From Azolla caroliniana (Eukaryota; Plantae; Polypodiophyta): a stretch of 64,000 nucleotides of DNA. The stretch covers positions 78,738-142,737 of the forward strand of contig JBHGNT010000064.1 of the NCBI GenBank assembly GCA_043228905.1. Reading direction: 5' to 3'. Below the pieces are notes generated by a model. The model was not told the DNA's origin, did not search any database, and saw nothing but the letters and a program-made list of their open reading frames with translations. How positions within the stretch are numbered: the first letter of the stretch is position 1; each line of letters opens with the position of its first letter. Shown here in pieces: positions 11,233 to 22,244 of this stretch. Both the position numbers and the translations under genes were made by a program.

Positions 11233-14200
11233 TGTTGTAGGTTTTAGGGTTAGGGTTAAGGATGATGAATGATAAAGATAGACATGGTGGTCATGATGAG
11301 GATGATGAAGAGCATGATGATGAGAGATCGTATAGAGAAGCATAGAGAAGCATTGCGGGGTGGGGGATGGTGCCTAGAATGGCTCCACCCCCCTCCCAAG
11401 GGGATTCAACGTTGAGGGGAGAGAGAGAGAGAAAGAGGGATGACAAGAGAGAGATTAGGAGAGAAATGGTTTATTCTTCATTCATTCCCCATAAGGGGTT
11501 AAATAGTACAAGAGGGGGTAGTTACAAAGGGGTGTAAGCCCCATAGAGCATTCATACTGGACACTCACTCACACCTCATCGTATCCCTCCACATGCACAC
11601 ACGTGTGCATGTGTTCACATACATATCAACTCACAATTACATTTATGTTCCCTACACATATACAACATCATCATGATAATATTCGACCCTCGCTCATCAC
11701 ACTTGACTCTCCGTACAACTCGTACGGGGTAACACATATGGCACGCCCGTGGGAAAGTGCGTTGCACGTCGATCCCACATGCCTTGATGATGATATCTCT
11801 TCGACCGGAACTTCCATCGGTCCTTTCAACGATCGATTCCCTCGATCGGAGCGCTTGACTCGATCATCTCCATCGGTCAGCGACTTTTCCGCGACACGAA
11901 CATTCTCATTCTGTCGTCTTACGAACTTTGGTATCCTCTTTCGGGTCCTTAAAAATGTTGTGTGCATGTATGTTATTCTTTGTTGATTTTGTGAGTTGTC
12001 ATGGTCGATCACGTCCATTTCTTTAGGTGGATGAGATTTCAAAATTTCATAGGTGCCCTTTGATTTTTAAAATTTTCTTATATACCCTCAGGTTTTTACA
12101 ATTATGTTTGATACCCTCATCTTTCTTCTTTCCTTCTCTTCTTTCCCTCTTCTTTTCCATTTCTGTTACTACTTCTTTCTTTCTTTCTCGCCTGCTTTCT
12201 TCTTCCTCATTCTTTCTTCCCGTTCTTCCTTATTCTTCCGTGTATGCCTTTCTCTCTCTTCTTTCTGTCTCTTCTTTCTGTTTCTCAGACTACATCATCT
12301 TCTTCTTTCTCTTCTTCATTCACCACTGCTATGTCCATTGTCCATTGCTTCCCATCCTTCTACTCCCTGTCGTTTCCTGTTTTCTTCTTCCTCTTTCTAT
12401 TTCTCCATCTTCTTCTATGCCTATCGCTTTCTTGCTTCTCTGTTTCTGTTTCTTCTTATTTTCTTCGTATTTCTTCCTTTGTTTTGACGCATCCCGTCGG
12501 CCTCCTGTTAGGTCTGCGCTTGTGGTGGTTGTCGGCTCTTCCGAGGTCTCTGTCTCTCTATTCATCCACTGGTTGTTGTCCGGCCATCCGTTGTCCGATC
12601 GTCGTCCCATTCCGGCCGTTGTTTGGCGGTTCTTTGTCCAGCCCGTCTGGCCACTCCGACCACTGTTCGGCTATTCTAGATGCTGCGGTCGCTCCTCGGC
12701 CACTGTTTGGCCGTCGTGGCCATCTCCGACCGCTGCTGTCGTCCTTGTCCGGCAACCTCCATTCCGACGCCGTTCGGCCACTACGACCGCTCTTAGGTCG
12801 CTCTTCCGTCTCTGTCGGTGTCTGGTCGTCTGTCTATTTCTCTATCTCCGTAGCGCTTTTGGTATTGATGTCAACGACCCTTCGGTCCCGGACATTCTGT
12901 TCATTTGTCCGGCCCATTCCGGTCAGTCTCTGTTTGTCACCATCGCTTTGTGATTGGCCGCCTCTATTCGGACGCATATCCCACCGCGACTGTTTGTTCT
13001 TTGTCATTGTTTAGTTCGTAGCTCGGTCCGGCGCCATTCAGCCACTCCAACTGCTCTTCGGTCGCTCTCCGGTCGGAGCTTTTCCGGCTTCACCTCCATC
13101 TCTATCTATCTTGGTGCTGTCGACCGCTCTTCCGCTTCTATCCGGTGATACCGGCTTCCCTATCGTCCCTGTCCGGTGCCTGTGTGCCTTCTGTCCGGCA
13201 ATGTTGCCCCATGGTCGCCATTGTTAGTCTCGTCCGGTATTCGACCTAGGGTTTGCTCGTGGTTTTCTGGTGTCTCTGGTCCTCGATGTCTGGTCTGCTT
13301 TTGCATCTCCTTCTCCGTCTTCTATGGCCATTCGATGTGAACCAAGTCTGGTTCTTGCTCCGATTCCGGTTTCGACTCTTTCTGCGTTGCTTCGTCTGGA
13401 ACCATCTCTCGTGCACTCTCAGCACATCCTGCCGGCCTCCGCTCCACACACTGCGTCTTTTCCACCGCAGTCTCCTGGTGGGCTTCTCTTACCGGTCGTG
13501 CTTGCACCGGTTCTCTTTGCGTCGCTGTTTGTCCAGCCGTGCATCTTGCACCACGCTTCGAACACGCACATTGTCACTAACCGCATTCGGAAACACGTAC
13601 ATGGACACCAATCGCAACCTTACATAAACACCGTTCCATTCATGAATTCTTTCATCGCATTGTCATTTCCTGTACTCACACAAATATGTCGCTATGGCCT
13701 TCGCTATGGCCTTCATCACCGCGTATCATTCTTTGACTCCGTTTCCAAAGGGGGGTCGCCGTAGTGGTCGCCAAAATGTGTTGTAGGTTTTAGGGTTAGG
13801 GTTAAGGATGATGAATGATAAAGATAGACATGGTGGTCATGATGAGGATGATGAAGAGCATGATGATGAGAGATCGTATAGAGAAGCATAGAGAAGCATT
13901 GCGGGGTGGGGGATGGTGCCTAGAATGGCTCCACCCCCCTCCCAAGGGGATTCAACGTTGAGGGGAGAGAGAGAGAGAAAGAGGGATGACAAGAGAGAGA
14001 TTAGGAGAGAAATGGTTTATTCTTCATTCATTCCCCATAAGGGGTTAAATAGTACAAGAGGGGGTAGTTACAAAGGGGTGTAAGCCCCATAGAGCATTCA
14101 TACTGGACACTCACTCACACCTCATCGTATCCCTCCACATGCACACACGTGTGCATGTGTTCACATACATATCAACTCACAATTACATTTATGTTCCCTA

Positions 14201-14280
14201 CACATATACAACATCATCATGATAATATTCGACCCTCGCTCATCACACTTGACTCTCCGTACAACTCGTACGGGGTAACA
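11233..14280 (-). mobile_element. Non-coding, non-autonomous LTR element, copy 2 (3048 bp, very young)
   Basis: 502-bp LTRs 11233-11734 and 13779-14280, identical by eye; TSD GTGGT; minus-strand PBS 13764-13773; tRNA-like module 11739-11783. Strand inferred from the TATA-like motif and from analogy to the autonomous element. Confidence 0.93.
11739..11783 (-). other. tRNA-Arg 3'-half-like module (inverted PBS)
   Basis: Minus strand GGCAT-GTGGG-ATCGA-CGTGCAACGCACTT-TCCCAC-GGGCGTG-CCA, 4 nt from the LTR. Confidence 0.8.
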
Positions 14281-14477
14281 GTGGTGTTCTTCTTAATACA
14301 AACCATTTGTGTATCTTGCCTCCATCATTTTCTCGTTCAATGTTAATGTTTTATTCCTCCTCCTCTTGAGCTAAGATTCCATTTCTTGTCTTACTCTTTC
14401 TCTTCTACTCCCTAGTCCAAGAACCCCGTGGTCCCGCCTCGGATCCTACATGCGCTCGCGGAATATCACGACATCTT

Positions 14478-14490
14478 TGGTGAACCCGAC
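14478..14490 (+). promoter_or_regulatory. PBS, tRNA-Trp (TGGTGAACCCGAC)
   Basis: 4 nt after the LTR end at 14473; complementary to recalled plant tRNA-Trp 3' end. Confidence 0.85.
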
Positions 14491-15685
14491 ATGAAGAGGC
14501 GTCAAGGGAGGACGGAGATGGAAGAAGACTTCGACTTCGCCGAGATAATGGCAAAGATTGTGATGGATGCCGAACGGAAGAAGGCGAAGCGAGATGCGGC
14601 TCAACAAGCCGTCGAAAGGGTGCTTGGTTGAGTCGGCCGGTTCAACGGGGATGATGCCCCAAAATGTTTGGGAGCTTACAATGCCGAAATGATGGAGAGG
14701 GGCGTGGATGAGGCGATGCGGCTAGATTTTTTTTGTTGAGTGGCGGCCGTATCGACGCACAAAGAGGTCAAGGAGCTTCGAGAAGCTCACGAGTCTTGGG
14801 AGTCCTTCGAGGGAGCTCTATTGGAGGCGTACGGGTACGAGAAACTGGAGGGGCGAAGTCGGCAAGAGTTTGATCTATGGGTGGCGTCGGCCAATGGAGG
14901 CATTCCGAGAGTTCGAGCGTCGTTTCTCTCGACTCTCGGAGCGGGATTGGAGATCGGTGGGGGCAGACAAAGTCCTCCTATTTTTGAAGATGGTCCATCA
15001 AGAGAAAAGAATGGACCTCCTATTCGAGCTTCAAGATGATTACGGAGCACACGGTCTCACCGAGGAGTGTTCCGAAGTAGAGTGGGTGTGCCAGCAACAT
15101 GATGCGAGGCAGTTGGCCACAACACGGCCCGCAAGTGGTGGAGAAGGGAGAGCGGTGAGTGACTACACACTACCGATGGAAGAGAGCTCGGCGCGTAATG
15201 ATATGGAGGAGTGTGACCTAGAAGTGTTGATATGGGAGGCATACGAGAGCATGAAGGCAAAGTTCGAAGCCAAAGAAGGGCTTATTATGGAGTCGGGCCG
15301 CAAACGATCGAAGGATGTGGAGGAAGAAGCCTCCCTCTGCGTGGACGATGGGGCCTATGCGGAGGCCAGGAGAGCATGCAATGGTGACGACGTGGGAGAG
15401 GGTGCGGAGCAAGCGACCCTCTCGTCTTGCGGAAAAGGGACGGCCATAGATGAGGCCAGTGACTACGAAGCGGGGAGCGCCACTTCGAGAGTGGGTGGAG
15501 GATTCGGGACACGATGGCCCGAAACATCGAGCGGGGAGGAGACGAGCGGTGGTGTCGGGACCTTACCCACACCGATTCCAGAGACTCCGACGTCCGGCCC
15601 GAGAGCCGGTGTGAGACCTAGAGTGACGAACGGTGGCGGCGGGAAGGCGGGCAACCAAGACGACGGCAAGGAGATCGAGGAATAG
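14491..15685 (+). pseudogene. Degenerate gag-like ORF of the Trp-primed non-autonomous element
   Basis: VGRFNGDD resembles IGQFSGKD in the related element's gag near 26850; stops and a frameshift; runs into low-complexity sequence. Confidence 0.55.
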
Positions 15686-18600
15686 GAGGAGGCAAGCGTA
15701 ATCGAGGCTTCCGCGATCGGAGACGGGGTAGCCACGAACAACGACATCCGGATAGAGGTGGCTACGGACATAATGAGCGGCGGTGCCAGGATCTTACTCG
15801 CACCAGTTCTAGAGACTCTGGCATCCGGCCCGAGAGCTGGTATGAGAACTCGAGTGACGGACAGTGGCGGCGGCAAGGCGGGTGAGGTGACAGAAACAAA
15901 GGGGGGGATGCGAGGCTTGGAACGGGCATATACGAAAGGACCGAAGGGGAGGCCGAGAGCGGCAACAAGGAGAGAACCGACCCAACCCGACTGGAAGGCG
16001 AATCGGGAAAGAAATGAAGTGGGGGCTGGTCAACCGGGCCCGAACCGAACAAGAGCCGGCAAGACCGGAAGTGTTCGGCTGAACCCTTACTGGCCGGTTA
16101 CGATTATGGAAGCAAGCCGACCAAACCGGCACAGATCTGTCGGGACCAAGCCGGGAAAGGACCAAGCCGGTATGATTGGAGGTCGAGGTGTACAAGCCAC
16201 AACGCACGGTGGGAGCCGGTGAGTGCGAGGAGGTAACTGGGCACGACGACCACGGTTCGGTTGACGACCCTCCACACCTATGCTGAGACTCCGGCGGTTG
16301 TGGATCAACGTAAGGCCGGAGAGAAGACGGGTAGCGGTGAGGAATCGGTTACCGGAGCGGGTATCCGGTGCGGGAAGACGGGCGAGTGGGACCAAGAGGG
16401 CCAAACGGAGTTAGAAGGGGTTATGGCAACAAGGGAAGAAGAGACCGACGCAGAGGATGAGTCTATGACGGATGAGGGGCGTAACACGAAGCATGCATTA
16501 TGGCCGGCGGAGGGCCAAAGAACGAGCATGCACCTGGAGAAGCGGCAACAAGTGACCGGCAAAGGCGGACCGATCGAACCTTTGAGAGGCAAGTACGAGA
16601 CGGAGGACGAAGCGGTGAGGTGCTAGGGTTGACGGATGAACGGCGAGAGCGAAGGATGGTGCGTAGACGACAAAGGGCTACACACCGGGCAGAGAAAATG
16701 CGGTGTCGAGGAAATCCTCGCAGATGCGTAGAAATTGGGCAGGACCACGGGGGTCTTGAACCAAGGAATCGAGAAGTGAGGAGGTAGAGTCTATGGTTTA
16801 CGTGAGCCCTGAGACCGCGGTTTACACAGAAAGATTAGCAAAACGAGAGAGATAGTGTAAGAGGAACGTGCACAGACACAAGCGCAGACAGATATGCTAA
16901 GACTAGCTTGCGTTCGGTAGATAAGCTTCTATTAATCAATATATGTGCGTGGCGCTGTGGGTGATTACAACCGGATCAGTGCCGATGTTCAAGCGTAGTC
17001 AGATACGGAGATGAGTGGGCACACAAAAGGTCGATCCCTTGGTCGGGAGCACTCGGCCATCTGACGCGAGCAGGGGAAGCGCCTTCCAGTGGCACGTCGT
17101 AGGACTCCTTGTCTTCTTTGTTCTCTGTTTCCCTTTCTCCTCTCTCTAAAATTGACATCCACAAAAACAGTCGAGGGTCGGCCCTTTTATAGCACAAGGA
17201 GTGACCGTTACAGAGGATTCATGGCCTTGTCGCTTTAACTCCCTAAATTCCCCTCCCCCCCCTTGATTCTCTCTCCTCGTAACTCTCCCTACTTACGTGA
17301 TGTTTGAATCCCTATTAATGCTTGAACAACCTAGTACACCTCCTTTTTCCTATGCCTAGCCCTTACACTATCTAATTCACTAGAGGTGTGCACTCGTGCA
17401 CACCAGTGCTCCCGCTTGTTTCACATTCTTTCTACCGATGGCCCGGAATCTTCATGACATCCACCCCCACTAAACCGCACATACTCCGTTATGTGCCGGG
17501 CAACGATTTTAGTGAGGGATTCTGGGCCATCTGCTACTCGCCCTCCCCCTCTGAACTGGTCCTTTTGGCTCATGGGTTCGGTTCTGCCTCACTCCGCCTT
17601 TTGAAGGCCTTTATCCGCTTCCCGGCCACTGGAATCATCATTCGGGTCCCGTCGAGCTTTGCGAGGTGATAAGTTGTGTTATTCTTGACGCCGATTACCA
17701 CATATGGCCTGAACCATCGCTTTGTGAACTTACGCGTAGACCTATGCTGGTTTTTGAGGCTGCTATCTTAGACTAACACCCAATCGCCTTCCTCGATCTT
17801 CCTTTGCTGGAGCCGGTGTGTCTGGTCGAACCGGGCCTTGCTCCGGATTCTCACTTCTTTCACCCTTGCCGTGGCCCGCTCTACATCTTCTAGCCTTCGC
17901 TAGAGTTGCCAGATCCGGGCCGCAAGCAATTCTTCTCGGCTAATTTCGTTGGCCCAATCGATCGTCGTCCACGAGGCAGTTGTCCGCTCTATTTGCATGA
18001 TGGGTTTTTGTCCGAACATTAGTTCTGCCGGCATGTACCCTGTCACCGAACTGTGGGTAGTCCGGTCCGCCCATAGCGCGTAAGGGAGCAACCTAGGCCA
18101 ATCGCCGACTTGCCCTTCGCACGCGCGTACAATGGCCTTTACAATCGGACTGTGGCCCCGCTCTATCTTTCCATTTGCCTCCGGGTTGTACGCCGTTGTG
18201 AGGGACAGTTTTACACCTAGCCGATCGAACAGTTCTTCGGCCTCTTCCGTGTCTAGCTCTCCTTGGTCCACCACGATTTTTCCGATGCACCCATATCGGC
18301 CTATGACATCTTCTATCAGAAACTTACATATTGCCGCGGTGGTCTTGTTCGTTAGTGCTTGGCCCTCTACCTGGTTCGTTAGGTCTTCTCTGGCTAGCAC
18401 CATGTATCGCTTCTAACCCTCTCCCATCGGCATGGTTACTAAGTCTACCATCCATTTGAAGTGCACGGCCGGGGGGTAGGTTGGGTGCAGCTCGTCGCGG
18501 TGTCGAACGACCGAGTGCATTTGGCAGCTTTCGCACGTGGACAGGAAGTCGTGCACGCTCTTATACATACCCGACCACCAATATCTCTCCTTTATCTTCT

Positions 18601-19519
18601 CGAATGTGGCCCATTTGCCCCAATGTCCAAACCAAGGGCTTTCGTGGAACTCCGATATTAGCTTCTCTTGATCATCTGCCCGCGCTATTACTCGGAGCGG
18701 CACGTCGTTTCCCCTTTTTGGGACCTTCCAAATTTTCCCGTTCCATAAGAAGTACTAGTATGCCGTTTTTCGGAGCCGTCCCGCCTCCTTCCTAGTCATC
18801 GCGGGGTCCGCCGTCATTGTTTTTAGAAACCTTCCGATTAGAAGCCACTCCCCGTTGTAGTCGTCTTTGTCGAACTCGTTTAGGGGCAGAGAGCTTCTCC
18901 CTTTTATCCTCATCCTTGCTGATTCGAAGAAATCCGTGCCGACTTCTTCGTTCTCCGATACCATGCCATCCTCGTCCTCGAACCTTGCTCTGGAATGCAT
19001 ATCGGCCATGGCGTTGTCTTTACCCGAGATGTGTCGTATCTCTAGGTTCAGGGACTTGATGTACGCAATCCACCTAAGCATGGCCAGGTCGGGAGTTGCG
19101 CATCCGTAGACCATACCGAGAATCGGCAGGCAGTTTGTTTCTATAATCACTTCTGTTCTCATTAGATAATCTTTGTCGACCTTAACCGCCGAAACAATAC
19201 CCCATAGCTCACGCTTGACTTGGGCATATCCTCGTTGTCGCTCACTCAGTACCTTCGCACCGAACCGGATACGGAAACGCGTGCCATCTTCGTCATCTTG
19301 ATTTACGACCCATCCGATCCCGGTTGGGCTGGTGTCCACCATGATGTAGACCGGAGTTCCCGGTGCGTATTCTGCTTTGCTTAAAGCTGGTGCCGTGGTG
19401 AGCGTTCGTTTTAGCCTCCGGACCGCATCGGTATGCTCCTTTTTCCATTCAAATTTCCTGCTCTTTTTTTGCAAGCCATAGAGTGGTTCGGCGACGCGCA
19501 CGTAATGAGGGATCCATAT

Positions 19520-20491
19520 TGTTGGGAAACAGGTCCCTCCGGATGGGAAGGGAGAAGAACAGTGCCAATGAACAAACTCGGCCGAGGCCGAAACCGGATG
19601 AGGAGTATTCGGCTACGGAGAGCCGGATGGTGCAGGCCCGGTATGAACCAGATGAGGAGTACCCGGCTACGGAGAGCCGGATGGTGCAGGCCCGGTATGA
19701 ACCGGATGAGGAGTACCCGGCTACGGAGAGCCGGATGGTGCAGGCCCGGTATGAACCGGATGAGGAGTACGCGGCTACGGAGAGCCGGATGGTGCAGGCC
19801 CGGTATGAACCGGATGAGGAGTACCCGGCTACGGAGAGCTGGATGGTGCAGGCCCGGTATGAACCGGATGAGGAGTACCCGGCTACGGAGAGCCGGATGG
19901 TGCAGGCCCGGTATGAACCGGATGAGGAGTACTCGGCTACGGAGAGCCGGATGACACAGACCCGGTGAAGACCGGATGAGGAATACCCGGCTACGGAGAG
20001 CCGGATGGTACAGACCCGGTGAGAACCGGAGGAAGAGACATATTCGTAAATATGTTTCTGAGAGCCCATTGAGGCTACATTTGTAAATAGCTAAAAAGTC
20101 ATATTAGTATAAATATGACTTAGGGCAAACTTTTAGAAGTTAGTGTTGTCATTTTCTTGTTGGTGCAAGAATAGAGAGTGTGCGTAACTGTACAGAGAGA
20201 GAGAGAGAGAGAGAAAGAGGTCGTTGCCTCTGTTGTAACCGCCGCCTGTGGCGAAGATCCGTGAGCACGAGGTCGGTGCCTCAGTGAACTCACTGTTGTA
20301 CATACTTACATAGTGACAGTTTTGCAGCCTGTGGGCTGCCGTGGTTTTTCCCCTAGTTTGGGGTTTTCCACGTAAACATCCTGTGTACCATTTCTCTTCT
20401 TTGTGTCGCGTTTTATTTCTCGTTTTTTGTGTATGAAAAGAATCTCGGTTGTGGCCGAGCATTGGACATAAGGAGCCTTGAGTTCTCGTCA
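19520..20491 (+). mobile_element. Solo LTR of a Tork-like copia family
   Basis: TGTTGGG...GTCA; TSD CATAT; homologous to the LTRs at 22245, 35324, 53645 and 56812. Confidence 0.93.
19594..20025 (+). repeat. 54-bp tandem repeat x8 in LTR U3
   Basis: Unit CCGGATGAGGAGTACCCGGCTACGGAGAGCCGGATGGTGCAGGCCCGGTATGAA. Confidence 0.95.
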
Positions 20492-22244
20492 CATATGTGG
20501 TAAAAGGCGCATGCTCCTAAGAATCGTCGGACCTCTGTGACGGATCTGCACTCCTCCTTCATTGCCGAGATGGCCTCTACCTTGGTCGGCGATGGCTTCC
20601 GTCCGTACGACCCACATAGATGGCCCACCACTAAGATCTCTGGCTGTCCGAAGGCCGACTTTTCTCCTGAGAAGGTAAGCCGTGCGCCCTCGAGCCGCTG
20701 CAGTATTTTCTCGCAGTCAGAGATATGGTCGGTGACAAACCTTCGGCACCCATCCGCGCCGATCGATTCATCCTTGGTGTCCTTCGGACACCCCTTGATA
20801 GGGATGTCTTCCAAGAAAGGCATGGTGATGTCCGGAATGCAGTCCCGCAAGACTCTATTCATTGCATTTACCATGTGTGCCACCGAGTTGGTCCCTCCCT
20901 ATGGTAGGGTACACATTCGAACTAGGCCGAGAAGGGTTCGCATTGTTGTGATGTCCCTGCTTTCCATGGCCAGCTGGAACTGGTCGTACCCTGAGTAAAG
21001 GCCTCCGACCGAGTATATGGACCTTCTGGCGAAGGCTTTCACGAACTCATCGATCGACGACCCAACTCCCATATTGCGGATGGTCACCTTGTTGACCGGT
21101 TGTAAGTCATGGATGAAGCGCAACGTACCGTTCTTCTTTGGTACCGTAAACCACCGGTTAGAGTAAGGGGCACTCGATGGTTCGAGGATGCCCAACTCCA
21201 CCTTCTGCTTAAGAAGCTCCATCAACATGGGCATGTGAGCTCTCGACACTTGAATCGGTTTGAGGCTCCATGGCACGTGCGGCACGGTAAAGATCACCAT
21301 TGGTTCAACAATGGTCAGGTCAACGCACCCGATCTCTCTCGGCGAGAATGTGAAGGCTTTCCCGTGCCTCTCGAGCATCCTTCTGAACCGGTCCTCTTCC
21401 GCCGGCAGTAGGAAGCCACCCCCACCGATCTTTAGTGCTCATAGCGTTTTGTCGGTGAAACAGGGTCCTATGCCGGACGGATCTCGCAAGCTTGGGTCGG
21501 TAGCAACCCCCTTTATTCGTTCCTAGTTGCCCTTCGGTAAGGGAGCCACGACGGGCTTCACCTTCCAGTCCACAGTCTTGTACTTGGTGTCTACTCGGGC
21601 AGTCCGATGCGCCCTGGTTTTTCTTTCAAAGTCCGCAATGACTTCATACATGTTGACCGAATTGACCGGTATGACTCGGTCTTTGCTTAGGCCTTCTTCG
21701 ACTACCTTCCCGATTTCTCCAAGGGTGTCATCGAATGAGACTGCCTCCACGGCTTCCCCAATTCCTTCGACGTGACTCAAGGCTCCGCACGCCTTTAAGC
21801 GTATCTCGGCCTATTTTCTTTCTCGGCCATTGATGCTGGCTATGGTACATCCCCCGTTGTCGGAGAACAAAACTTTCCTCCCTATTTTATAGGTGTGGGG
21901 AATTTTCTGGCTATCCGAACTATCGCAACCCCATGCCATGATAGCCCTTTCTAAAAATCCGCCTTGTTGTGGTGTCCTGGTTCCGCTCGTGATTCTTCTG
22001 AATGGTAAAAAATTGGACGGAGTGACGACCGTCCTGACTTTTTACCCTCGCATAGGCTGAACCATTGTCCAACACTTTCATCTCCATTCTTGCCGTCGTG
22101 ATGTATGGTTCGCCGAGGATGACCAGGTGGGAGGACGTCTCTTGCACGAAAAAGTGTTGGTTTATATCGACGTCTCCGACGCTCACCCTGACGTTCGGGC
22201 AAGGTCCGTGTAGTTCTTCCATGGCCCTTGTAGCCGCGCGTATC

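Larger units (their letters stand above)
17508..22244 (-). pseudogene. pol (PR C-terminal part, RT, RNase H, integrase) of the Trp-primed gypsy; split by solo LTR 19520-20491
   Basis: Motifs YSNRWFTVPKKNGTLRF, YSGYDQFQL, PFLEDIPIKG, VDTSPTGIG, YNPEANGKIERGH. Confidence 0.88.

Noticed and set aside
13748-13755. AAAGGGGGG as an ordinary PPT of a plus-oriented element
   Set aside because: It lies about 23 nt from the LTR with the Arg(UCG) site in between, and the TATA-like motif and analogy to the autonomous element favour minus orientation. Not fully excluded.
19594-20025. CRISPR array
   Set aside because: Head-to-tail repeats with no unique spacers, inside a eukaryotic LTR, with no cas genes.
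19433-20069. Proteins with 18-aa repeats
   Set aside because: They are translations of the 54-bp LTR repeat, open in several frames on both strands.
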